Part shown: one piece after another, positions 12,321 to 25,910 of the stretch | How the letters are laid out: each line of letters opens with the position of its first letter | How positions within the stretch are numbered: the stretch's first letter is position 1 | Source of the DNA: Hypanus sabinus | Lineage: Eukaryota | Length of the DNA: 64,000 bases | Direction of reading: 5' to 3' | Assembly (NCBI RefSeq): GCF_030144855.1 | Contig: NW_026781644.1 | Coordinates: forward strand, 1-64,000 | The notes under the pieces: generated by a model | What the model was told of the DNA's origin: nothing | What the model saw: the letters and a program-made list of their open reading frames with translations, nothing else | The model's database searches: none | Made by a program: the position numbers and the translations under genes

Positions 12321-12750
12321 TTAACCCTTACATACTGTGCCGGATCAAATTTGACACGTTTTGACATTTGACAGCAATAAAAACAGCCCGAATGCCATTT
12401 TTAGCCGAAATTTTATGACTTTTCCTGTAGTGACCCAAAATGACCTAACATGGAAATATTTAAAAATCTTAAACTTTTGTACAGGTGCTACAAATTTTTG
12501 TACATAGAGGCTGTTCTGGTCAATTTGACCCGTATCTCTTGAAATAGATTTTAGATCTCTGAAACATTGATGAAGGATTAATCACCCACTTACTAATGTC
12601 AGATAGGCTATTTATACATTCTAAATTGATCTGCGGTTCAAAGTTTGTTTCAACAGTTGTTATGAGGGGATTGATCCAGACCATTCTGAGAAGGCATAGA
12701 ATATGAACAGGTTGCCTGGGTTTTTATAAAAAACGTTCCATTTAGAAAAC
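12321..12750. mobile_element. Possible piggyBac-type DNA transposon terminal fragment inserted in a CR1 piece
   Basis: Begins TTAA-CCCTT; subterminal repeat (g/t)tcaaatttgac(a/c)cg at ~12344 and ~12519; AT-rich; CR1 sequence resumes ~12750; second TIR not seen. Confidence 0.4.
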
Positions 12751-13154
12751 AGTCTACGCTTTTATTTCTTTTATTCAAATTCCATGCTCATACGATTCCC
12801 GGCATTGTATTCGGATTGCCACGTCTATCCTCATTCTCCTAATCTGTCTGAGCCTTTCACCAGCCCCCCTGTGTCCTCAATACAACCTGTCGCTCGGTAA
12901 CATTGCTACCGACTGTGGTTTCAAGATGAGGGAGTCTATCATCCCGTTGCAGAGGGACGGGCCCCAGTCCGGGATTTGGAGTCGGTGATTAAAACTGGGA
13001 GCACGTGCGCGCTGAATAATCCACATCTTGTCACGCGCACTCAAATATCCGGGACAGAATTCCAGACGATTGCGATGGCGGAGCGCTGGGGATTGTTGAG
13101 AGGGGAGATGGAGGACGGAGGGGGTTTAGTTCTCCTATTGACCTGGGTAGTGAT

Positions 13155-13600
13155 TCATGGAACGGTGTGGAGGGAGATTCACTCTGCGTCTGACCCCAGG
13201 ATTGTATGATTGGACGGTGTGGAGGGAGATTCACTCTGTGTCTGACCCCGGCAGTGTGTGATGGGACAGTGTGGAGGGAGATTCAATCTGTGTCAGACCC
13301 CGGCAGTGTGTGATGGGACAGTGTGGAGGGAGATTCACTCTGTGTCAGACCCTGGCAGTGTGTGATGGGACAGTGTGGAGGGAGATTCATTCAGTGACTG
13401 ACTCCGGAATTGCGTTATACGACTGTGAGTGCGAGCTTCACTCCTTTTCCGAAAATTTGGGACAGCGCGGAGGAAGATTCACTCCTTGTCTGACTCGGAT
13501 CTTATGTGATGTAATGTAGTTGAGGGAGCTTCACTCAGCGTCTGACTCCGGGTGTGTCTGTTGGGATAGTATGGAGGAGTCTCGCTCAGAGTCTGACTGA
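13155..13600 (+). repeat. 52-bp minisatellite
   Basis: About 8 units, decaying at the 3' end. Confidence 0.9.
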
Positions 13601-13749
13601 CGGTGTCAGAGACTCATATGTATTTTCCCCTTGGGACAGCCTCCAATCAGAGCTCGGGAGCGGGAATTGTGTGCATTATAAACCAGTGCCTCGCGTTTGT
13701 TTGAACAACAACAGATCCGCAAGGCGGGTTCATCAGCAAGGGAAATTAG

Positions 13750-14110
13750 AGATAGAAACATAGGAACATAGAAAACCTACAGCACAAGGCAGGCCCTTCG
13801 GCCCACAATGTTGTGCCGAACACGTCCCTACCTTAAAAAGAATTACTAGGCTTACCTATCGCCCTCTATTTTTCTAAGCTCCATGTACCTATTCAAATGT
13901 CTCTTAAAAGACCCTAATTTTTACGCCTTCACCACCGTTGCCGGCAGCCCATTCTACGCCCTCACCACTCTCTGAGTAAAAGACACCACTGCCATCTACT
14001 CTATAACTACTCCCTTGCACTTGGAACCTGTGTCCTCTTGTGGCACCCATTTCAGCGCCGGGAAAAACCTCGGACCTCGGACTGTCCACACGTTCAATAC
14101 CTCTCACCTT
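13750..14110 (-). mobile_element. CR1 3' end
   Basis: (atagaaac)n tail; ORF 13904..14107 MRGIERVDS...TRGHRFQV. Confidence 0.85.
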
Positions 14111-14829
14111 GTCGTTATACGATGACTCTGTGTCAGGTCATATTGGGAGGAAAATAGACAGAATGTTCGGTTCGCAGGAAACTGGGTGACGGTCCGGAGA
14201 TTAAATGGGGTAAAACTTCCAGGCCCTGTACAGCGTCCCCCTGTGGCCCAGCGGCTCAATAACAGGTATAACAGTTTGATTACTTCTGGTCGGGAAACAC
14301 AGTTTAAAATAGCCAAGTCGAGGTATGTCTCACAGGTCAGGACGACACACGAACATCCATGAATACAGCCAAACAGGACAACGTTACTCCACAAACAAGG
14401 TGCAAAACGCATTATCAGCTTTCAAACACGGCAGAAGGCACAGAAATATGTATGAAATAGAAAAAAAAATACCCACGCAGTTTGAAGCATTGGGTCAACT
14501 GAATACCACTGATATCTGCAGTCGACCACAACAGAGCCTGTCTTCTGCCGAGCGAACACCGGGGGGCAGCACAGACTCCTGCTTGGAGGCCACGCCAAAC
14601 CGGCCTGCCGTGCGCAGCTCCTTCACTTCCTCTGCCAACGAGCAACTCTCTCAGTTTGCACAACAACTTAAGTTGAAATAATATCTCAGCGGGATTTCCT
14701 GGCATAAAAGAGGTCATAAATCTAGACTTACGAGGGAGTGAAAACCGTAATGCAATCACAGATAGAAAAAAGCTTGTTAGAACAGATGTAGCTAAGACCT
14801 CAGACAAAACCAGGAAGTCAAAGATTGAT

Positions 14830-15624
14830 CCAGCCGGGACTCCTGTTCTGAGCTGCCTACGTTTCGGTGCAGTAAGTATTGTACTAATGGCAGTTGAGCT
14901 CAGGGCGGGGGTCAAAGTCTGGAAGTATGGCATTGTAGCTAGCAGTGAGACTTTGTTGCAGGAGAGGCAGGACCGTTAGCTTAATATTCTGGGATTCGGC
15001 TGTTTGAGTCGTGTTAATGGGCAAACAATGCAAACATGAGGGGCGGCTTTGCGTCATGGAAAATGTCACGGCGGTGCTCAGTCAGGACACACTGGGGAAC
15101 CCGCCCCAGTGAGGTTTATTTGGGAGGAACTGAGGAATAAGAAAGTTATGAACTCGATCATGGGGCCATACTTTCAATCACCTAATAGTCCCGGGGATTC
15201 AGAGGAACAAATCTGTAAAGAAACATAAGTTTGTGATATTGGGTGATTTTTCCAGGTATTAACTGTGAGCCCCGTCCCGTGGAAGGACCAGTGGGGTAGT
15301 TTCTCAAATGTTCTCAAGAAAGTTTCCTTAATCAGTAGGTAGATAATTCCAACTAGAGAGTGCAATACTGGATCTCCTCCTGCGGAATGGAACAAGGCAG
15401 GTGACAAAAGTTTGTGCAGGTGAACATTTTGCATCTCGTGATGATATTGCCATTAGATTCAAGGTGATAATGGAAAAGGGTATTTATGACATCGGGTTTA
15501 GTTCTAAATTTAATGAAGGCTCACAATTTTTGGCGTTATGAATAATCTTGCAAGTGTGGATTTGGCCAGGCTGTTTTCTGTCAAAAATGTTCCTTCTAAG
15601 TTGGAGACCAGGCGCTGTTTCATG
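14830..15624 (+). mobile_element. Degraded CR1 endonuclease region
   Basis: gagctcagggc...gtgagactttgttgcaggag...aactgaggaataagaaag...gcaatactggatctcctc, similar to the EN region at 6340-6960. Confidence 0.65.
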
Positions 15625-15803
15625 NNNNNNNNNNNNNNNNNNNNNNNNNNNNNNNNNNNNNNNNNNNNNNNNNNNNNNNNNNNNNNNNNNNNNNNNNNNN
15701 NNNNNNNNNNNNNNNNNNNNNNNNNNNNNNNNNNNNNNNNNNNNNNNNNNNNNNNNNNNNNNNNNNNNNNNNNNNNNNNNNNNNNNNNNNNNNNNNNNNN
15801 NNN
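15625..15803. other. Assembly gap; other gaps at 26918-27309, 32426-32589, 47835-48145, 56661-56791
   Basis: Runs of N. Confidence 1.
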
Positions 15804-16260
15804 CGAAAAGCAGATGTCTTCTACTGCTGCCCGAGTTGCTATGGAGAGAGAGGAGGAGTTACATGATGGACAGCTGATGTTCAGTGTGTGTCAGGTCGAC
15901 TGTCTTTCTGGCAGACAAACAGAAGAGACTCACAGAGGCCGGTGACGAAGGAGTCACTGGATGAACTCTTCGAGTGTACACGAGGGTAGTTTGAGGATCG
16001 AGATTGATCAGAGGCCGTCACAGTGAGTGCAAGGGTGACGCTGTGCAAACTACAGCTGTGTTTAACCCTGGCCTGGGTTAGTAGATATACCAGTGAAGTC
16101 GGTACCCTTAGGGGAGTCATATTTGGCTAACTTGAAGAATTCAGAGGAGAACGGCAAGACCGACGACCCCTGTTTATTCAGATTACAAATACCTCTCTCT
16201 CACCTCAGTTCTGTGGATTGAACTGAACTTTCTTGCAGACCGTCTTCAGACTGTAACTCT
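15804..16260 (+). mobile_element. Diverged LTR-like fragment
   Basis: Shares motifs (acccttgcct/accctggcctgggt, ggggtcata/gggagtcata, gaactgaact) with the LTR copies at 31800-32855 and 49690-50646. Confidence 0.35.
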
Positions 16261-18974
16261 TGAATAATGTTTGTTAACAGCGATACCAGACTCCAGGTCT
16301 GTTCTATTGCTGCTGATGGTTTTATCACACACATTTACGTGTGTGATAACACTCCCAATCTCCGTTCTGAATGGGCGGACCTCCATTCCGATGTGGGTCC
16401 GCTGGTATTGACTGTCCCGCCACGGGGAACCTTCTCTCCACATCTACTTTATCGATGCCTTTAAACATTCGATCATTTCCAGAAACAACATCCGTCCCCC
16501 TCATTCGTCTGTGATCCAGCCATCAAAGGCATTACATGTTTGACTATTTTGCCTTAACTCTGTGTAATGTTCAATTCAATGGGCATCGCAAACCCGCTGA
16601 CACCTCTACACAGTGTCACAGGGCAAAAATAATTTCGACCAGTTCACAAAATGGCTGCCTCCCGCATAAAGTTTGAAGAATACTGGTGAAAAGTTCAGGG
16701 AGCATTGGTTCTGAAATTATCTCTGAATGAAACAACCTTCAGATATCTAACAATCCAAATCACTGAATCTGTTCGCATCCTCAGAGTAGTGTGTGAGGAC
16801 ATATTTGCCAAAACCAGTAAACATTCACATACTGGCCTGCAGGCTCCTCGCTCATCAATGAGCGTTACAAATAAGCGTGCAACTCTATATTGTCGGACAC
16901 ATCACTAAATCTGTTCACATCCCCAGAATGGTGTGCGAGGGCATATTTGCCGTACCGCCCTAAATCTGCGTAATCCCAAAAATCAGTGCTCTCTCCATAC
17001 ACGCTGATTCTCCAACATGCATAATAGATTATCTCAGAGGGAATCATTTCAAATCGATCAGAAAATAACTGCTTCGACGTTAAAATCAGCACGAATCTCA
17101 AAATGCAGCTGCAATTCCAGATCATTTGACACACACAGATCTGGGTGTAACCTGTTCACCTCCTTACTAGACAACAGACGCCTAAATCTGCGCACATTCC
17201 GAAGTCCGTATTCAACCATAAATCAGTGCGCATGACCGAGTAAGAGCTCGCCCTAAATCCATATGCACCCCAATTCTGACGACAAACCCACATGCACGCT
17301 GGATTATCCGAAATCACGAGTCAGGACAAACAGTTCACAAAATAGCTTCGCGTTCAAAAATCTTTAAAACAAACTTCCGAATTCTATTATTAAAGTATAT
17401 ATAAGTGAAACAACATTGTAATTCGTCAAGCCCCCAATACACCGACACACCCAAATCCGTGTGTACCCAAACTCGCTGCGCACATGTCAAAATCTCTGAG
17501 AACCCCCAAATCCGAGTCCGCCCCTATATGTACAATTGTTTATCCTAGACACAGAAACATTTCAAACATTTCACAAGATAGCTCAATCTACTTTAAAAAA
17601 TACCAAGAACAAGGCTCAACGTTAAAGTGCATTATTTATCCGAGTATCTGTAAAATAAGCAATTTGAATTTTGGCATTATACCCAATTCCACCGACAACC
17701 AAAATCCACGTGCACTCCCAAATCCGTATGCACACCCAAATGGGTGCGCACTCCGAACCTGTCAACACCTCCCACTTACAGATTAGGTTATCCGAGAGGA
17801 GAAATCATTTCAAATAGTTCAGAAAGTAGCAACTTCCAACTTAAAAATCATAGCAAGAGCAGAGTAGAAAACTGGAAGTGTATTTATTAATTAAACAACC
17901 GTGAGATTTGTCAGGACCCCAAATCCGGGAGCATCGAAGACCGTGTACATCACCAAACCTGCTGATACTCACGTGTACACATTTGATTTTCCCAAAGGAA
18001 GGATCGCTTTGGAGTGACAGCGTTCACCTTAAAGAAATCGCGAGGACCAAATCCATACTGACGTCCTATACACCCATATTGGTTTGTGCAATTTAGTGCA
18101 ATCAGAAAGCACCATCAGATTCCGAATCCACACACCACTGTGCACAAGTACTCGCCGAAACTCACCTAAAAAGACCAAATCTGCATGAAACCCCAAATCC
18201 CCTGATTTCACTAAATCCGTTCGCATCGCAAATCGGTTGCCACCCATATATGCCGAAGCACCCCTAAATCTGCGCAAACCCAAATTCGGTGCGCACCCAA
18301 ACCCTCTGACACCCGAGAGCCATAAGGGATTATCAATCAATACAAAAAATGACCGTCTCCTGGTCAGCAAGCCATGTGTGCGCCAAAGTCCTTTTGCAGA
18401 TCGACGACACACCGATCAACCCAAATCCGTGTGCAGCCCCGTAGTCAAGACTACACTAAAATCCGGATCACTAATCCTCCAGCCCCACATCTACGCACAT
18501 CCTCAAATACCACAGGCATATTAGATAATCATTGTTAACAGAAAATGGCTGTCTGGTAAAAACCACCACGCCACCAAATCGATATGCACTCACAAAAACG
18601 TGGAGATTCTACCCTAAATTTGTTATCCTTAAAAGGTGCGCACCTTTACATCAGAGCACTCCCCTAAATCAGTTTGCAACTCTTTATTAGAGAACACTCC
18701 TAAATCCAGGCACAACCCCAGATCCACATGAACCACAAGACCGTGTGCAACCCATATTCATCGACAAGAAATAAAATTGCGCAATCGTAAGTTCAGTGCA
18801 CACCCTAAACCCGCGGACTCCGCCACTTGTACATCAGATTTTCCCGGAGAAACAATCAATAAAATACAATGGAAAAAAATGGCAGCCTCGATATTAAGAA
18901 TCCAGACGCAAATTTTGATCCGTCAACTCATCAAATCTATCTGTGTCCTATGACTGAAAAAGGCAACCCAAATC

Positions 18975-19460
18975 AGCGAACATCACCAAATCCATGTGCA
19001 TCGCCAAATTGGTGCTCATCACCAGATCCATGTGCATCGTCAAATTGGTGCTCATCACCAAATCCATGTGCATCGTCAAATTGGTTCTCATCACCAAATC
19101 CAGGTGCATCGACAAATTGGTGCGCATCACCAGATCCATGTGCATCGTCAAATTGGTGCGCATCACCAAATCCATGTGCATCGTCAAATTGGTGCGCATC
19201 ACCAAATCCATGTGCATCGTCAAATTGGTGCGCATCACCAAATCTATGTGCATCGTCAAATTGGTGCGCATCACCAGATCCATGTGCATCGTCAAATTGG
19301 TGCGCATCACCAAATCCATGTGCATCGTCAAATTGGTGCGCATCACCAAATCCATGTGCATCGTCAAATTGGTGCACATCACCAGATCCATGTGCATCGT
19401 CAAATTGGTTCTCATCACGAAATCCATGTGCATCGTCAAATTGGTGCGCATCACGAAATC
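18975..19460. repeat. 36-bp tandem repeat, ~13 copies (catcaccaaatccatgtgcatcgtcaaattggtgcg)
   Basis: Directly visible; made of two related 18-mers. Confidence 0.95.
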
Positions 19461-20629
19461 TATTATCTATTATATATGTGGTGTGTCAGTGTGTTTGGAG
19501 TGCGCACTGATTTGGTGATATGCACACGTTTTGTCGATTCACGGCGGGCTGTTTTGATTTATCGAAGCAAAGCCTCTGCTAAAGTAAATTCCGATAATCT
19601 GGAGCGCTGGGCAACTCTACAGACTATTGGTCTAATTCTTCATCAATACTGTAACATATTTAAAACTTAAAGGTACTGCGCTGCGCCTTTAGAAATTAGT
19701 GCAATTTAAGAGAAGGCGAAAAAAACAACCGCCGGTGAGATTTCAGGAAGAAACTTAGACATCACTCGAAATTTAGTCTCAAACATGGCCGTGCACACAC
19801 TTAGATTTGGGTGTGTTGGCGGGTCAAGATTTGCACACGAATGTGTTGAGTGCGGATTATTGACGTCGACGATGCCATTTTCTCAACTGTTTCGAATGCA
19901 TCTTGCTCTGAAAAATCTCATGGGCATGTGGTGTTGTCAGCGGGTTTAGGGTGCGAGCTGCATTGGGTATTGGGTATTGCGTGTCAGCTAAAATGGGTTG
20001 CACAGGGTCTTGGGGTGCACATGGATGCACACGGCTTTTGGGGTTTGTTCTTGTTATGGGGATGCGCTCGTATTTGGGGATAACATATTTGGGGGTTTGT
20101 CGGCGAATATGGAGTCGCCACATTTTTGTGTGTGTATCTGGGAGTTCATAAGGATTCGGGTTGATCGGCAGATTTGGTGATGTGCTCCCGACCTTTGGGA
20201 TGCGTGGAGCAGTTAATGACAAGGCAGCCATTTTGTGTTTGAAATGATTCTTCGTCTGAGTCGCCGAATGTGCGTTCTTCCTTGGGGAAGTACGCAGATT
20301 TTCTGACTCACACGCATTTTCGAGATACGTGCATACTGCTGCTGGGTATGAGGGTGCACATGCATTTGGCCACCGTTGACCGTGATGATAATGTTGTTGC
20401 CTCTGGAGACTTAACACTGACCAGTGTGATAATGTAACAGCGTGTCCCGGTCATTCACAGGAATGCATTCCTAAGACAACCATATTTTAACTTTCTCTCC
20501 TGTGTATAGCATTCAACTGGAGATTTACCCAACTCCTGAATGCGATTAGATGAATCAAAGGTATATGCAGACTTGTATGCTGTACATTACGGCCCAATAT
20601 AACTGAGTACCTAACAAAACGGGGTGGGG

Positions 20630-21180
20630 GGGATTGATTAGACCAAATGCTGGAGAAACATCTCAGGCCAAGCAGCATCTATGGAAAAGAACACTGTCGA
20701 CGTTTCGGGCTGAAGCTCTTCAGCAGGACTGGAGGGCAAAAAGAGTAGAGGAGTAGATTTGAAAGGTGATGTGAGGGGAAAGAGAAACGCCAGACGACAG
20801 GTAAAACTTGGAGGTGGATGGATGAAGCAAAGTGCTTGGAAGTAGATTGCTGAAAGAGACAGAAGGCTATGGAGGAAAGAAAAAAATGGAGCAAGGGGAG
20901 CTGGACCATAGGGAGGCTATGGCGGGCAAGGAGATATTAAATGAGAGGGACAAAGGGGTAGAAAATGGTGAAGGAGAGGTTTGAGAAAGAAATGTTCATG
21001 ACATCAGGTTGGAAGCTAGCCAAACGGATTATAAGCTGTTGTTCCTCGCACCTAAGTGTGGCCTTATCGTGATAGTGGAGGAACTCATGAATGGACATAT
21101 CGGAAATGGAATGGGAAGTGGAATTAAAATGGGTGACCACTTGGAGATACCGCCTGTTCGGCGGACGGAGTGTAGGTGCA
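20630..21180 (-). mobile_element. Penelope-like element 3' fragment (GIY-YIG C-terminus + UTR)
   Basis: ORF 20937..21191 VVTHFNSTSHSISDMSIH...EEQQLIIRLASFQPDVMNI; terminal block tgctggagaaacatctcaggccaagcagcatctatgg...gacgtttcgggc. Confidence 0.8.
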
Positions 21181-22440
21181 CAAATCCCCAATTGGTTTGC
21201 ATCCCTTTATCGGAGAAGAAACCCTTAAGTCTGCGCAAGTTCCAATTAATTTCGCATCTCAAACCCATGTGTACCCCAAATACGCACACATCCTCAAGAA
21301 AGAGCGCACCCAAAATCCACGTGTGCATCAAACCCGCTGGGAACCTCAAATGCGTTTTACGTAATCCCAGAAAATAATCATTTCGAACAGTACACATGAT
21401 GACTGCGTAAGTAACTGTGCCTCGCAAATTTGTTGGTGATGTCCTGAATCTGCTCTATCCCCAAATCGGCGCGCACCCTAATCACTCTGACACGTCCCAA
21501 AGCATAATCTCAGAATGCGAATCATTTTAAAGAATTCAGAAAATGCCGGCCTGGACAATAAAGATTCACATATGCCCCAGAATACATTTGGAGATCAACC
21601 ACTACACAAAAGTATGGTTGTACAGCAAATCTGCATGGAGTCACATATTCAGCCTCGCACCCCTATACCGTCGCAATCCGTATTTCAGTCTGCACCACAA
21701 TCCCGTTGACATGCACATATGCACATTAGATTTTACGAGAGCAAGGATCACTTCAAACCGATCAGCAAATTGGTGCCGCCACCAATTAGCAAGAACACTG
21801 TTGGACATTAAAAATATATCTATTATGAAAGTATCTGTGAATGATGTAAAATTTAGACACGTCACAACTCCAAATCCGCAGACACCAAAACTCTGTGAGA
21901 TCTCAGAATTTCGAAAGCATCCCTATAAATCTGCGCAATCCCCAGACTCCTGCGCCTGAGTATCGACCTGGGCAGATGGTGTGGCTTTCATCCAAAGACA
22001 TCCTTCTCAAAAACGAGCCTAAGAAACTCGCCCCTCGCTTCCTGGAACCTTTAGATATATATATATGAAAGAAAAGAAAAAGTAAAAGGCGCCAACATCA
22101 AGGTTCAGTCAGTTTCGTGCACATCGTTCGGCCCCTCGTCACTTTTCTCCGACCTCCACGTCCTGGGACCACCCCGCTGTTCAACCAAGCAGTGCAGCGC
22201 ACGTCCGCCTTCCTCGGCGTCCCCTTCCCTCCTCTCCTGAAAACCCGGGACACCCCTCCCCCAAGCTCCCAGCCTCATTGGTTAGCAATGAACAAATGAA
22301 TACAATCCCCACGGCAGCAAGTCTAAAGCTAAACAACTGCGAGTGAAACGCTTATCAGACAAAGAAGCATTCCCACTCTTAACCAACCAAAGATGCCCTT
22401 TTGAGTAACTCAATGGCCACAATTGGTATCGAAATGCTGA

Positions 22441-22474
<34 letters not shown>

Positions 22475-23227
22475 AACATGAATTTGTATTCTTTCTGTAC
22501 CGAATTATAAAAGTTTTCTCACATGTCCCGAATTCACCAAGCCTCTGTTAAAGAGACGACACCTTCCTCGATTCTACTGACGTCCTTCCGGCTGGAGCGT
22601 GACCTCAAAGCTGGTCGACTTGACGCTCCGTTCCTGAAGGTTGTGGTTACCGATATAATTTGCCTTCACATTTGTCTTGCTCTGATTGCGAACCGAGAGA
22701 ACAAATTAGACGGTCTTCATTAATGAAACATCAGTGCGATGGTGTATCTGCTGTCAGTGCGGACTCGGTGGGACGATTGGCCGTGATTCGTTACCATACA
22801 GCTGGCATTATCTCACAAGTAACCCTGGCTCCTAACGCGTTCTGTTGTTTATAAACGTATCGGCAAATGGTTCACTCACTTGTTTCAATTAACTTGTAAT
22901 CTGAGGTGAAGAGAACGGACGAGAGACAGGATGAGAAATCTTAAAAGGCACTGTTAACATTCGCCGGCGAGCCGGAGCGCCAATGACAATAACTCACTGA
23001 AAGTAGCTGCATAGGATGATGGGTAGTGGTCACTACTAGTCGCGGCGCTGAGTTCTGGTGTGAAGTAGTTACTCTGCACTTTCATGGATCTGTAGTTTAA
23101 TCGCACCTGAAGTGTTGCAATAAAACTATAGAGAAAAAAAAGTTCTGGAGGTTTTGGACGGTGGTATACAAGGATATTGCCTAGATAACGGGAAATCGGG
23201 CAGTCTTTGGATTTTCTCAGCGGCAGT

Positions 23228-23424
23228 TGTTGAACTGGGGTTGTGGGCTGGGGAGGCGCATAGCCGCCTGGGAGTTGTAGTCATTGTGGTGAACTACATA
23301 TACCTGTCTGGACACGGCCCCCCTGCTGACTGCTTCTGTGGTAGTCACTTGCTGCTTGTGCTTTCTTCCAGCCAATAAAAGCCTACCTTAGCTCACGTCT
23401 CCGAGAGTTATTGATGGTTTAGCA
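23228..23424 (+). mobile_element. Short solo-LTR-like element
   Basis: Starts TGTTG, internal AATAAA at ~23374, ends gagagttattgatggtttagca; gcagt occurs on both sides. Confidence 0.4.
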
Positions 23425-23429
23425 GTCCT

Positions 23430-25100
23430 ATTGCGTTTGCTCCTAGTTCGCTCCTCAACACTGTTCCTGATCCACAACAAACTCCGCCCGAAGAGACTAA
23501 CGGCGGGCTGGCGACCTACCGACTGCAGCAAATCGATCAACTCCAAAATGGCGAAGGAGCAGAAGTGGTTGGGCTGAGATTGGGGCAGATGTGCACGCGG
23601 CCTGTCATTGCTCAGATCCACTTTTTCCCGCAGTTGTCAGCGGCCGACGTGCCTGTCGCCAAATATGAATTCATACGACGGTCAGTTCATATGAAAGTCA
23701 GTCAGTGAGAGTGATCTTGTACACAGTTAAAGAAAACGATGATAGTTTCTTCTCTTCCCAGTGGGAGAAGAGCCCGTGAAATCAATGGACCTATGTCGGC
23801 ATGACAGTTCTCTTATTAACGGTACTTTACAGCTGGATAAAATAAATTTCGTGATGTTTAGAACCGACCTGGCGAATTCTGTTGCTGAGTCGTCACATCA
23901 AACTGTGGAAATTGAAAGTATTTTGAAACCTGCAGAGGAGTATCTTGTTATAACTGATGCTATGTGGGAAGCTGTAAATGAAGCTCTGAAGCGTTTGGTG
24001 TCTGAATCCCAGTCGACATTATGGGATTAAAATATTGCAGAGGAATGCGAGAAAAATGATTACTAATGTTCCATACTCTATAAAAAATACATGATATCTG
24101 ACTTGTGAAATCCTCCCGATGTGATATGTGTTCAGGAAACTCTCACCACGAAACACAATATTTATAATAACTCTGATACACGGAGATATTTAGTTTTAGT
24201 TCAGAACATATTGGCTGTCGTCAGCATGTTGGACGCTATGGGTGATGAAAGATTGGGAAGTGACATTTGACTGTCTTTATAAGCCGTTGTTTAGATTTAT
24301 ATCAGGGACAAGAGGCAGATCGGGCGGACGTGATTTTTTTTTTGTTGTTGTTGAACCAAATTGGGATGAGTTTAAAGCTTTACGTGATCAGCGTCTGTCA
24401 GGGCTGAATGTTGAGGTTGATGTCGATTTTAACAATAAAATGTAATGTCACATTATTCATCCAATAGTATTGAAAGTGATTCCTGTTAAAATGGAATTCA
24501 TGGGAGAAAAGCTGCACCGTGGTGGACTGAAGAGTGCTTAGGATAAATTAGGGAGGGAATTGAAGAGTTTAGGCAAGTTAAGAAGCATCAGTCTCCCAGT
24601 GACCTTATCAACAATAAAAAGGCTACAGGCTGTGCTGAGGAAATTGTTGAAGATTGCGAAAAGCCTTTACTGGAGGACATATTGAGATTATTCTGGAAGG
24701 GATATTAAACTTAGGGAAGTTTGGCTAACCATTAAAGGAAATGTGTAGTACGGTCCGTAATGAACCTGATGTTTCAGTATTGATTGATGAGGGTAAACTG
24801 ATTGCTACTCAAATGGAGACGGTTGGGTTATTGACTGTGTCATTTGCCGCGATTCATAAACAAGATAACTTAAGCGAAGAGGTTAAATGTGTAGGGATAA
24901 GGTTCTCAGTGAGTGCACTGGTGTGTTGGCAGTCAGGTGGAGCAATGATAGTATCAGTGATGTTGAGTTGTCTATGTGTGAATTAAGAGGGCTGTTATTA
25001 ATGCAGGTCGGACGTCTCCAGGAAAGGATGGTATATGTTAGTGTATGATTAGACATAAGAAAGCAAACAATCTTGAGCTAATATTAATATTTTTGATGAG
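23430..25100 (+). mobile_element. Degraded Nimb/I-clade LINE (ORF1 end, ORF2 EN and linker)
   Basis: ORF 23761..24030 (LDKINFVMF...AEEYL...WEAVNEAL); PDVICVQET, NWDEFKAL, APWWTEEC, YWRTY, TSPGKDGIC motifs in order. Confidence 0.7.
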
Positions 25101-25350
25101 GCAATCTTTCTTCCTCGTGAATAATGGAAAAAACTTTAATAGTAGGGAGATAAATTTGGCCTGATGAAATTTACAGGGACTGTTGGCTGGGGACTTGAAG
25201 TTCGAAACACGATGGGAAATTTCATTGAGGAATACAGTGTGAGGAGTGTTATACAGATAGGGCAAATTCAGACAATCCTTGTCCAGTGTGTTTGTGTAAG
25301 ACCCGCGCTGTGGATAAATAATAAAGCTGTTTGCTAGCTGGCTTCTGACG

Positions 25351-25358
25351 TACACACA

Positions 25359-25397
<39 letters not shown>
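25351..25397. repeat. (CA)n microsatellite; others at 22441-22475 (CT), 34580-34620 (CA), 38104-38172 (CA/TA), 48936-48974 (TG), 49972-49998 (GA)
   Basis: Directly visible. Confidence 0.95.
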
Positions 25398-25398
<1 letters not shown>

Positions 25399-25910
25399 AC
25401 TACACGTTCCAATCTAATCTGCTCGGCGGCTGTCTGGAAACGACCTATTTTACCCCAATATTTTGTGTCGTGAATTGGTGCACGGCTTCGTCCTGAGGAC
25501 GGTTTCGGCGAGTCTGTTCAACTCCATTCTTGCTGCCTGACGTGCCAGCTGCTCCAATAATTTGTGTGTGTGGCTCCACTCCGGATCCTTTATTGGACCC
25601 ATCAGATGCAGAGTTTCCAGAGGCGCGGTCAGTCACGGTGAAATCAGTTAAATCAGTCCCTTCACCGACTGGACTCGGGAGACCACAGATCATTGCTGTT
25701 CATGCCGCTCGGTGTTCTCGCCGCCGATTCCTCAGCTCGTCCTACCTCCAAATTGAAAAAAAGGCAGGTCAGGGGACACTGTAACCCGTGACTGATTTCC
25801 ACACTTTACAGTCTCTAGCCCCGGATCTTCAGCTGAATCTCGATCCCGTGTTACGTCCCGGAGAATGTGTTCTGGGTGATGTTCTTTTCCTTCTCTCTCT
25901 CTCTGTCAAG

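Larger units (their letters stand above)
16600..21960. repeat. Old degenerate satellite domain (cccaaatc-rich 18-mers punctuated by atcatttcaaa..cagaaaatggc blocks), with an inverted segment at ~19480-20400
   Basis: Motif recurs at ~16645, 17045, 17335, 17580, 17805, 18540, 18880, 21375, 21520, 21745, and inverted at ~19875 and 20225. Confidence 0.6.

Noticed and set aside
12900-13140. CpG-rich patch as a tRNA-derived SINE or an extra exon
   Set aside because: No convincing A/B boxes, cloverleaf or homologous reading frame found.
18869-19670. Long ORFs (213, 224, 174, 168, 134 aa) with periodic Cys/His/Met
   Set aside because: All are translations of one stop-free 36-bp tandem repeat in different frames; no splice or homology support.
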